Shown here in pieces: positions 25,914 to 37,800 of a stretch of DNA of 64,000 nucleotides (its first letter is position 1; every line of letters starts with the position of its first letter). A program made the translations under genes and the position numbers. This DNA is from Proteromonas lacertae (lineage: Eukaryota): the NCBI GenBank assembly GCA_002245135.1, contig NGBS01000024.1:1-64000 (forward strand), read 5' to 3'. A model generated the notes under the pieces. The model did no database searches. It was not told where the DNA came from and saw only the letters and a list, made by a program, of their open reading frames with translations.

Positions 25914-26674
25914 TTATTCTATTAATTTATCAATATTTTTATGTGTTTTCATGTATTGTTTCACATATTGCATTCCATCTGAATCAATTCTATTGCCACT
26001 TATATTAAGTTCATATATACAAAAATGAGTCTTTGTATAAACAATTTACTTAATCGTCACTATCTCTTAATAAACTTAAATGAGGAATTAATATTCTTAT
26101 TCCTTCATCTCCTATTTTGTTTCCATTCAATTCAAGATATTTAGGTCTTGCAAATTATGATAAATTATTTATCAGTATTTCTATGCTTCTGTACGAAAGT
26201 TTATTATCTAAATAAATAAAATATACCTAATTATACTTCTCAAATCTAATAGCCATATTATTTTTAATTCACTCAATTTAAGTATAATGAATGATTTGAA
26301 AAAGTCATCATTAATTCCTAAATCATTTAGACATAGTTGATCGCATCCACCCTTAATATATTTTATAAATTCTGGAATGTCTTTATCAACCAATAACTAT
26401 TTACTTCCTTCAAAATTGAACCATACTTTTGAAATAGGAAATTTGGGAAATAAATATTTCGATCCCTTTGAATGAATATTATTGATTGATCATTTAAGTT
26501 CATTCCTCTTTAAGTTAACATATCATATTTGTGGATTAATAAATGTAAATGTGGAAGAAACAATTTCAATCCTTTTACACCAATTGGATTATCTATTTCA
26601 AAATTGTATATAATGCAGAATAGTATATACATTCCAGATTTATATATTTCAATTTCATCAATGAAAGATTCCAT
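25914..26674 (-). CDS. Short LRR protein, possibly degenerate
   Basis: LxLxxNxIGDEG-type repeats across several short exons. The last junction could not be put in frame cleanly. Confidence 0.45.
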
Positions 26675-26814
26675 TTTATAAAAATATAGTCGTTTCTAAT
26701 TTTTTGTTTATAATAATTTTCATTTCACACATATGAATAAACTCTATTAAAAATATATCAATTACATTAAATAGGGTAAATTAAATTATTATAGAATTCT
26801 ATTCATATATTAGA

Positions 26815-27913
26815 TTACTTATCTAACAAATTTGTTTTATCTGTTATTATCTTTTCATCATCATCATCTTTTTCTTCTTCTTCTTTATCTTCGACTTTAA
26901 CGATCACTTTATCCTTTCTTTTCTTTATGTCACCTTCCTTTTCATCTTTCATATCTATATTCATTATTTTATCATTTACTTTATTCATCTCTATCTCACT
27001 TTTCAAATCAGGATTGCTACTCTTTTCACGCCAATTCAAATAGAAAGAGCTAGGAATTGAGATACATACTATTGAACTTACACATGATATCATTATTACA
27101 AAAATAGTTGGAATTGAAGTATAATATCGAATAAATGATAATACTACACCATAAAATGCCCAAGCATTTCCACCTACCATTAATGGACCAGCGGCACCTA
27201 AGCCAACATCTTCTCCTTGAGATATCCACATGGACACCATTGTAGCTAATAATATTGCAGGAAACATTGAAACTACAGCTATTTATATATAATATATAAT
27301 CAATAATAATTTATATATACTATATACTTGCAAATAAAGAATTTCCAAGTCGAGCTATTAAGGAAGCACAAGCGATTGCACAAAATGCTACTCCACCACG
27401 ACATATGTAAGTAAAAAAACCAATTGGATTATGGCCTTTCTTAGAACGAGGTAAATGATAAGATAATATTAAACCCAATGATAAATGAATAAACCAACTA
27501 CAAACAGCTGTTGGTAGCATATACGACGGATGTTGTTTTACTTCAAAAAAGAATAAAGTACAACAAGTTACTAATGTTGTCCATAAACTAAGAGATACTA
27601 TCACCAGAGTTGTTAATCTACATTTGAAAGACCAATCTTTGGGTAAATGATTTGGTAACATCTTCCATACTTGTAGAAACACTATACCACCAAAACAATT
27701 TAAGGGTAAAGAACAAAGACTGGCTAAGTAATTAGCTTCAGATTTGGCAGATTCAATAATTGTGTATGAAGCAGGAAGTATGGTAATTGGCATTGAAGCA
27801 ATTACTCCTCCTATCCTACCACCGAGTTTTTCAACTAGTAGAGTCGATAGGATTGTCATAAATCCAGCTAAACTGCCTGCTTGACAAGCAACCAAGATAT
27901 CTGAGAAATTCAT
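26815..27913 (-). CDS. Multi-pass membrane protein of unknown function (two internally repeated halves), one intron
   Basis: Hydrophobic helices, GGRIGGVIASMP motif, charged C-terminal tail. Confidence 0.7.
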
Positions 27914-28016
27914 CTCAAAAATGTCAAACAGATAATCAAGCTTATTGTATTAAAAAAACACAATTTCAAAATAAACACTGTAAAACAACCAATTCATTAA
28001 TAAAAGTATATATTCA

Positions 28017-30458
28017 TTAAAACATTGATTTCAATCCATTAAACATATGTCCATTACACATAGTCAAAATACCATCGACTTTAGACTGTGTAACAATACC
28101 ACCAGATAGACGAGGTAAATTCTTAATAGGACAATTCTTCAACACTTCATACATCATCATTAAAGCAATATCATTTGGTCCACACTTCATTTTTGCCATT
28201 AAAGCAGTCTTGATAGAACCTAATGTCATTTTAGCAGTAGTTGAATGTTGTGATATTTCTTCAAGTGTATTATCTGCAGTATATGAACCTTTCACAGGCA
28301 TTGATACATCTGTATCTACTTTCTTACCTAATAATTTCTCAAATTGTTCTATTGGAATAACACCTTTTGTTGGTTCATAATACCACTTACATTCAGAAGA
28401 TAAATCTTTAATTTTATCACTTTCTTTGGATGATTTAACTGTAATTTTTTGACTTAATGGTAAATCATTAATGTTTGAACCAACTAATATTGTGAATTCT
28501 CCTGATTCCACAATCCAATCATTTTCTTCTACATTATAATAGGCAAATGCTGATTTATCAAGAGTCAATTTCACTATAATACTTCCTTTTGCTTTAACTG
28601 GAACTTTTTTAAATGCTTTTAATTCTTTATTTGGTCTGAAAATAGTAGATTTTTCATCATGAATATAAACTTGGGTAATTTCATATCCATTTATATCTGA
28701 TTCATTCTCTACTTTGTAAGATATCTCCACTTTATCTTTATCAGTTATACTCTCAGAGGAGATTTTCAAATCACTATATTTAAACTTGGAATAAGATAAA
28801 CCATATCCAAATGGGAATAATACTGGTATTTTGGCAGTATCATAATATCTATATCCTACATAAATACTCTCTCTATAAACAGATCTTTTCATATCACCTG
28901 GGAAATAACTACTACAAGGTGTATCACATAATTCTTTGGGGAAAGTTTCGGTTAATTTTCCGCATGGATTAGCATCACCATATAATAGCTTGATACATCC
29001 TAAATTACCCATTTGACCTGGTAAATACATCAATAACACACTTTCCACAATATCAAGAAATGGCATTGTTACTGCACTTCCTGTATGTAATACAACAATT
29101 ATATTTTTATTAAATTTACTCAATTCATAGATCAAACGTGTTTGACAATCAGGAAGATTCAACGTATTTCTATCAAATCCTTCACTTTCCTTTTCGTGAG
29201 GTAAACCAACAACAACTACAATCTTTGGATATTGTAAAGCAACTTCAGTACATTGTTTCATTAATTTGTTGTTTGGTTTACTATTTGATAGTTCATATCC
29301 TTGTTTGTAGTCAAATGGATAACCACATTCGGTCAATTGCTCAACAAATGTTTTAATCTCTGTTGGATTGATATAAGAACTACCAGCTCCTTGATATCTT
29401 GGTTTAACTGCCATTTCACCAATTACCAGTATTTTAGTGTCTTTCTTTAAAGGTAATACGTTTCCATTGTTCTTTAATAACACTGCAGATTGTTCGACTG
29501 CTTTAGTTGCAATATTCTTGTGTTTAGTAATATCATATTGTGGTTTTTCGTTTTCTTCTTCAGCCTTTTCTTTTTCTTTATCTTCACTTAAAACTTTACT
29601 TGCATTCAATAAAAATTCTAATAAATCATCCACTCTTTGATTGAGTATTGATTCATCTAATTTCTTATCTTTCACTGCTTGTATTACTTCAGGATCACTT
29701 AATCCATTATTTCCTGGCATTTCTAAATCTAATCCAGCTTTTACACCTTCACTTCTTACATTTGTAGCACCCCAATCAGACATTACTATTCCTTTAAATC
29801 CCCATTCTTTTCGTAATATATCAGTTAACAGTTTCTCATTCTCACAACAATATACTCCATTGAGTTTATTATAAGCACACATCAATGCTTTTGGATTTGC
29901 TTTTTTAACTGCAATTTCAAATGGACGTAAATATATTTCACGTAAAGCTCTTTCATCTACAACAGCATCTATTGTCATTCTACGAGTTTCTTGATTATTC
30001 ACAGCAAAATGCTTTAAAGTACTACTAACTCCTGTTGATTGTACTCCTTTTATATATCCAGCTGTTATTTCACCAGCTAAAAGAGGATCTTCGCTCATAT
30101 ACTCGAAGTTACGGCCATTTAAGGGAGATCTTTTGATATTTGTACCTGGCGCTAAATGAACTGCAACTTTACTTGCTACAGCTTCTTCACCAATTGCTTT
30201 ACCGACTTCTTCTACTAACTTTGGATCCCAAGAAGAAGCTAATAATGCAGGGCTAGGAAAGCATGTAGAAGGAACACTATCATGCGGATTAAGTGCAGTC
30301 TCTGTTAATGTTTTTCTGATACCTAATGGACCATCAGCAAAGTTTACAGAAGGTAGATTAATCTTCTCAATCGCTACTGTCGAAAAGGCATCTTTTCCTG
30401 ATAGTAATAGAACTTTCTCTTCCAATGTAAGTTTTTCAATTAGATCTTGATGTTTCAT
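28017..30458 (-). CDS. GH3 beta-glucosidase, intronless
   Basis: DGPLGIR, GRNFEYMSEDP, KHFAVN, VMSDWGA nucleophile motif, YVGYRYY, FPFGYGLSY and Fn3-like domain. Confidence 0.95.
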   Translation of the reverse strand: MKHQDLIEKLTLEEKVLLLSGKDAFSTVAIEKINLPSVNFADGPLGIRKTLTETALNPHDSVPSTCFPSPALLASSWDPKLVEEVGKAIGEEAVASKVAVHLAPGTNIKRSPLNGRNFEYMSEDPLLAGEITAGYIKGVQSTGVSSTLKHFAVNNQETRRMTIDAVVDERALREIYLRPFEIAVKKANPKALMCAYNKLNGVYCCENEKLLTDILRKEWGFKGIVMSDWGATNVRSEGVKAGLDLEMPGNNGLSDPEVIQAVKDKKLDESILNQRVDDLLEFLLNASKVLSEDKEKEKAEEENEKPQYDITKHKNIATKAVEQSAVLLKNNGNVLPLKKDTKILVIGEMAVKPRYQGAGSSYINPTEIKTFVEQLTECGYPFDYKQGYELSNSKPNNKLMKQCTEVALQYPKIVVVVGLPHEKESEGFDRNTLNLPDCQTRLIYELSKFNKNIIVVLHTGSAVTMPFLDIVESVLLMYLPGQMGNLGCIKLLYGDANPCGKLTETFPKELCDTPCSSYFPGDMKRSVYRESIYVGYRYYDTAKIPVLFPFGYGLSYSKFKYSDLKISSESITDKDKVEISYKVENESDINGYEITQVYIHDEKSTIFRPNKELKAFKKVPVKAKGSIIVKLTLDKSAFAYYNVEENDWIVESGEFTILVGSNINDLPLSQKITVKSSKESDKIKDLSSECKWYYEPTKGVIPIEQFEKLLGKKVDTDVSMPVKGSYTADNTLEEISQHSTTAKMTLGSIKTALMAKMKCGPNDIALMMMYEVLKNCPIKNLPRLSGGIVTQSKVDGILTMCNGHMFNGLKSMF

Positions 30459-30595
30459 CTTTGAGAAAAACAGGTGTTTTGTTCCAAAAAATCTAAAAAG
30501 CTTGAATGTGGTTTGCCTTTTTTTTTTTAACAATTTTATTTCACAAATTCAAATCAATGAATTAATTTATATTACACATCTTAATGTAAATTATT

Positions 30596-33500
30596 TCATG
30601 ATTCTAGATCAGTGACAAGAGGTCTTCTTTTTGATGTTGGATATCTTTCGTATTTTGTCTTTACTGGTTTGGTATTTTTCACTTCGAAAACAGGATCAAA
30701 TTTAGTAAGTGGTGCTTTTGTTGGTGCTCTTAGTCCTGCCATTTCTTGAGTTGCTAAGTATAGAGTTTTAGCTTTTTCTACTTTTTCCAACAGTATTTTA
30801 CTATATCCTAAAATATCGCAGTCTAATTTCTTTGTTCTTTGATAACCCAACTGCATTTTACATTTATTGAAGTATCTTCTTGATTTCTGTAAAACATCTT
30901 GTTCATTTACTTTTTCTGGTTCATCTTCTATTAGTTGATAAGATTTAATATCAGTTTCTGATCTTGGATTACAATTATAGATACTAATTGAAGCACCAGT
31001 TACTTCTGGAGTGAAATTTAGTGGCAAATGATAAGCTTTCATTCTTTCAAAATACTTAGCTATCTACATATTAATAATATTAATAAAAATTAAAATATAC
31101 TTTCTTTAATGAATTATAGATTAATGAAGTAAATTCATTATTATTCTTCAATCTAGAGGGAATATAATCCATAAATTTCCATTGCCATTGTAACTCTGGT
31201 AAATGAAATTGAAAATATTTCAATACATCTTCATCTCCATCTATCATTGTCTCAGATAATAAATAGAAATAATTGGCCATCCAATAGTATTGATCAGCTA
31301 GTAACAAATCTTCCATTTCATGTAATTGTTTTGGTGTGCAAGTTGCATAGAGATTATCATTGTTCATTATCTTCGGTTTATCTTCTTGTTTATTCTCTTC
31401 AATTATTAAAGGTGGAGGTCTTTTCATTGATTTTCTATCATCATTATTTTGTTCTAATTGCTGTGATTGATATTGTTGTTGTTGTTGTTTGAGTTGTAAT
31501 TGTTTTAATCTAATTTCCTCTTTCTTTTGTGTAAAATCTATTGGTTTTACTCTAGATACATATTGCGCAGTATTTTCTTGATAAAAATCATCATTAGGAG
31601 AAGGATCACTCTCTGGTGAAAGTAAAGGACTTTTCATTCTTTGAATATCTTCATTATCATCTCCATAATCAAACACTTTTGTTTCTGTCCTTCTAGTGCT
31701 AGGATTTATTGGAGAAAATATTCCACTCGTTTTACCATTATTATACAAAGCTAATTTCTTCTGACTATTACGAGGAGTTTCTAATATTTTCTTCACTTTT
31801 ACTTGTGGTGAATATGGCAAAGGAGACATGGAAGAAACATCTCTTCTAGTAAAAGAACTCATTGAGTGAAGATTATTATTATTAAAAGATGAATCAGAAC
31901 ATTGTGGCGTGATTGTTCTTGACATTAATAAATCATCAGATTTTGCAGCTATTTTGTATTTTGATGTAAATAATGATTTTACTGAAGGATTATCATTCAT
32001 ATTTGGTGTTTGTATTGTAATAGTGGGATTACTTCTCTTATTATTATTATTATTATTGTGGTTGTTATTGTTAGTATTGATAGTTGGATATGAACTTGAA
32101 TTATTCATTGAAGGAGGATATGCAGGTGGTTTAATTGGTGTTGTTTCAGGAAATAATGGTTTTGAATTATCATTTGGTTGAATATTCTCTAAATCATTTC
32201 TTACAGGTTGTTGTTCTACTTGATTCTTTTTTACCTCACTCACATTAACAATTGAACTTTTTCTTCTACCTTCTACTACATTTTCTGGAGATAATCTTAT
32301 ATCTGGAGGTGGTTCTCCAGTAGGTAATGTTGATTGCATATATTCAGCATCTTTTTGATACACTTCCAATATTTTGGGTAATAAATGAACATATTTCATT
32401 GCTCTTTTCACATACACAGATACTCTTTCTACAAATTCCATTTTTTGTTCTTTTGTCTATTAAAAAAACAATATTAGATAAAAAAAAATATACTCCTTTC
32501 AAAATATCAAACATTGAAATAATATCTGATGTTACTGTACCAGTTTCAATAAATTTCTATTAATAATATAAGCATTAATACTTGATGAAGTATATCATCA
32601 AACATGATCAATAATGCAACTTGAACATGAGATATTTTATCCAATAACAAATCATCTTCTGAACTTTCATATTCTAATTTATAATATCTTGTAATTGAAT
32701 CTTGAATATATAAATGTGAATTTGTCCTATTATTACATTATACTTTTTATAATAATACAACGGTAATAGAATAGTATGTCTTCCTGGAATATTACTTGAT
32801 TCAAATAATACACAATAAATACACCATAATAATGAATAAATATAAGTGAGATAAATATGACCATTAACTTGTGGAGGTGGATATGTTCTGATTTGAGATA
32901 AAAGAAACTTCCAAAATGTTATATTCTATTCAATAATTATTATAATTATTACTACAACAACTATACATGAAAGAAATATATTTTGATTTTATGAAATGTA
33001 TAGCAATAATCTGCTAGAATAAATAATAATTTTATCCTCTCATTAATAGAACGTTCTGTTATAATCATTTCTGTCAATTTAGTAAATCTGATATATAAAT
33101 CTTTTAACTCTTCATCTGGTACATTCATTGGTAAATAATTTAATGATCTTTTCTATTAATTATTTAAATAGAAATTTATAGTATAATATACTATGCACAT
33201 ATCATGCCAATAATTGAATATTGTATAAAATAAAGGACATTTTGTATAAACTACATCTTTCTGAGGTATAGAACATAATATAACTATTATAGAATAAATT
33301 TTCATAGTATTCATACAATATCTTCTTTTGTCAGGTAATGTATTTGTGAATTTTAATACTTCTTTGTAATTCTTTTCTGGTAATCCATCAATATCACATC
33401 GAAAGAATAGTTTTACTACTTGATATTGCATTAGATTATCTGTAACTAAATTTGTAACAGGTTCTTTTGTTTCTTCCACTAAAGTTACACTATCTAAAGG

Positions 33501-33753
33501 AAATTCAAACTCCATAAACTTCTTTTTACCATCTATATCATAAAACATTATAGTTCCGTCCTTTAAAACAAATGTAGCAAAATCTATAGATCATTAGTAA
33601 TACAAATAAAATACCTTTGTCTGGATTTACTGAATCAGGCCTTCTAACAATAACCACTTGATATGAGAAAAACATCTCCCTTTTAACCTCTTTACCTATT
33701 ATTTTACGCTCTAAATCCTCTACTTTTAATACTTTGGAAGAAGCACAACCCAT
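30596..33753 (-). CDS. Hypothetical multi-exon protein with N-terminal MGCxSS dual-acylation signal
   Basis: Consecutive minus-strand ORFs separated by short introns; starts MGCASSK; low-complexity middle. Confidence 0.6.
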
Positions 33754-34899
33754 TTAAAAATAACTGTCAAAAACAAATAATTCAAAAATATAGTCGTTTT
33801 ATTTGCATTATAATTCACATAAAAAACAGTTAAGCTATGTATATTAAAATTCATTAAGTTATTTAATATCTTATTTGGGATAATGTCTAATCAAATAAAA
33901 TGTTCTTCAATTAATTTAGATTAATTATTTATAAAAGCTTAATTATTATTCAAAATATTGTTATTTTCATATATTTGAATTAATATCATCTTTGTTGTGA
34001 ATAATTCTCTTATCCATATCTTTAAATGTGTAGTATACATATAACCTAGACTTTACATCATAATGGAAGTTATTTAATATGAAGTAATAATCTATTTACA
34101 TCTTATAAATGCTGTAAACCTAAATACCACATTGCCTCACCTAACACATCAACCAACTTCTTTTACATCTAAATCCACATACCTGTTACCAACTACCTGT
34201 AGCCATTGTATCATTGGTTTGTACAAATACTATTATATCATCCTGTTTAAATATATAAAAATGTTTTCATAGTATTATAATATTTTCCTTCAATTTCTAC
34301 TAAACACATCTTCTTTTGTTTTATGTATTGGTTTTTGGACTAGTGATGAATAAATCTTGCTTACATTTTCGTAGTATTTCATTGAAATACTATTATAATT
34401 GCTATTTGATATTATTAAATGAATGTATAATATGTACAGACTTCCAATGGTTTGTTATAATAACTTATTGTTTAAGATTTGTTCATCTACTCTACACAGG
34501 AAGAATTGACATTTTGTATTTATAAGAACAGGAATATACAATAGAAGTTGTAGTTGTAAAGCATTCTAACATGTGTGAAATGACTGTAAAGCGTAATGTA
34601 TTGGAATTGATGATAATAAAGTAATATATTCATTAATCTTAATCAAATTAAATAGTCTAAAGAAACCTTATTAATAGAAAAGAAATAAAGATTAGAAATT
34701 GAATATATAAAGTGATTTCTGTAAACTATTCGTTATATATTATTAAGAAGAATATAAGAGAAATGTATTATTTGAAATAAGTATGATGTAAATATTTTCG
34801 TTTTTAAAGTTTGAACTTGGCTTGGTTACACTGAATGACATAGTCATTCATTACGTTTTTGTTGTGAATAGCTTACAGAATCGCATTTGCTCAAATAAT

Positions 34900-37800
34900 A
34901 TGAATGAAAGCAAACCAAATTCATCTAAGAAGAGGGTTAAAGTCAACTATACAGAAGATGAGGTGTTTAATCTTCATGTTACCCAAGAAATTACTTTGGA
35001 ATCATTGATAAAAGATTTATGTGGTAAAATCAATAAAATAACGTATGATGGAAGCTCAATTAAAGAGGAGGACATAATTTTGTGTTATAAGGATGGAACT
35101 AGAAGATTAGAGGTAAAAGATGTTAAGATATTTTTTCAAGATGTTGTACCTCCACTATATGTCAGTCTTAGAGAAAATGGTAAAGATAACAAAGATTTTG
35201 CTGATTACAAAGCCAGGGACTATATGATGGAAGTACTATATAATTATAACCCACAAGATACTGAAACTAATCTATTTTTTTGGATTAAATCAGCAAAGAT
35301 CGATGATTGATCAACATTTATATCAAATGTGTGATTGAGAGTAGTAATAGTGATGAAGATGTGAAGATATATCATCAGTTTGTTTTATATATTATATGAA
35401 CATTTTAAACAAGACAAAACCTATCTTTCTATTCTTAAAACTATTAGTAAAATAGAAATTAGTAGAATTGTTTTTTCAAAATACATATTGAAGCTCTGTG
35501 ATGAATATTGTAACAGAGTGAATGATTCTCAAAAAGATTTTCTATTAGTTCAATCCTTATGTTTTTTATCTTTATATCAACAAACAATAGATGAGAAATG
35601 GGAAGTAAAAACAATTAAATCAATTGTAGAAAAGATAAAACCAATTGAAAGTTGTTTATTAGTGAAAGTAAGAGAGTATTATAATGTAATAAATAAATAT
35701 TTCAGTTTATATGATGAAGATTCAATAATGGTTGAAGGATTGCCAATAATTCCAACCTATGAAGAAATACATTCCAATGAAGATTTGATATTTTCAATGT
35801 TAAGAGATAATAAATTAGATGGTTATAAAAGTACAAGAGAATATTTAAGTACTCATTATTTATTACTAAGAGCAGATGTATTATTACCATTACAACAAAC
35901 AGTAAATGTATTAATAATGATTATTATATATATATAGATTGCTAGCAATAATAATAAAAGTAATAATCGAAATATGTTTTGTTTTTCATATAAGAATGTG
36001 AAATGTATTTCATTTGATTATAATATGGAAAATGGAATGTTATATCAAATAGAATTTGATAAACCATATCCTAAATTGAAATGGAGATTCTCGTATATAT
36101 AATAATATTATATTCTTATATAAATAGAAAAAGATTACAGTTTGGAACACTTTTATGTATAACTCCAGATAATTATAAAACATTAATTTGGTGTACATTA
36201 GCAAATCGTAAATTTCTTGATGATGATAAAAACTCATCTAACTTAAGACCTCAAATAACAGTTAAATTGTAGTTATCACATCATTGAATAATTCAGTTGC
36301 AGATTAGCATATCTGGAATGAATTATCAAATGGCAGAATCTCCTGAAATATATTTTGAAGCATATGTATAAATATTGATATGATTGTCTATAGAAATACA
36401 CTTTAATGTCATTGAGAAATAAAATATGTAATTTAGAATATGAATTACCATTCAAATCCAATTTAGTAAATGGATTAAAATTTGTTTCTTATCCTTCATA
36501 TATTGATATGTTTACTATTTATAAGATGGAATTCTGTATTTCCTAATCGTGAAAATCTTAGAATTCTTTCAACATGGCCTAGTTATACAGAATGTAAAGA
36601 TTTAGATGAAAGTCAATTAGAAGCATTGAAGAATATGTTGACAAAGCAAATCAGTTTAGTTCAAGTATAATGCTATATATTTAATTATGAATATAGGGAC
36701 CTCCAGGAACTGGTAAAACCTATGTTGGTTCATTAGCTGTAAAGATTTTATTGGAGAATCATAAATACAATGGTCCAATATTAGTAGTTTGTTATACAAA
36801 TCATGCATTAGATCAATTTCTAGAAACATTTACAGATGTATTAAAACCAGGCGAATTAGTACGAGTTGGAAGTAGATGTAAATCGAAGATATTAGAAAAA
36901 TATTCCATTGAAAATATTATCTGATAAACAGCGTATTGAAGTTAATACAAAAATCAAAGAAACGTGAAAAGGATATATTTAATACCAGATTATGGGATGT
37001 ATATTCATATATAACTTATATCATGTAGATCAAAAAGAAAATAGAAAAATTAAAGCCGAAGATGGATATATATAAATCATTATCAAATAAACCAATATCT
37101 TTTTGATTAATTGTTATTGATTATGTTTTGTTAATATATTCATGTTAGCCTAAATGGCTTGACTAAAACAAATTCTATGAGTTTAGACGAAAAAATAGAA
37201 TTGAAAAGATTCAAACCATTAAAACCTTTAGCATATATTCCATATTCATTATTCAAACAGCATTTAGGTTATAAATATCACTATGATCTTAATTCATTTA
37301 TTGAAGAAGAAGAAGATGTTTCACATTTATATGCTTATGATCCGATATTCAAATGGATTAATCAAATCGAATATGATCAGTCAAAACAAAAGAATAATGA
37401 AGATGTAATTGAATATATGTTTCAACAATGGTTTAATCAAATTCACTTTTCAGAAGATGAATTGCAATTATATGAAGATGATGATGAAGAATATGATGAT
37501 GAAGATAATAATTATAGAAAAGAAATAGATATTGAATGGATAAAAGAATTAGAAAATCATTCTGATTACTATTCTATATACATAGAATTTTTTAATAAAT
37601 ATGTAAAGAAGTATAGAAAATCATTTTATGAATATATGGATGTAAGTATCAGTGGTGGAATATGGTCTTTAAATCAATTAAAAAGAAATGCATTATATGA
37701 TAAATGGGTTGTAAATCATTACCCAACCATTTATGAAAAATATCAAATACTCTTTCAAAAGTATAAAAACCTATCTGAAGAATCAGAAGAATTAAGAATT

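Noticed and set aside
33800..34820. Possible gene or relic (ORF 34316-34525)
   Set aside because: No recognisable motif or consistent exon structure.
37095..37148. U12 AT-AC intron suggested by ATATCTTT
   Set aside because: No frame-compatible AC acceptor or U12 branch site in either copy.
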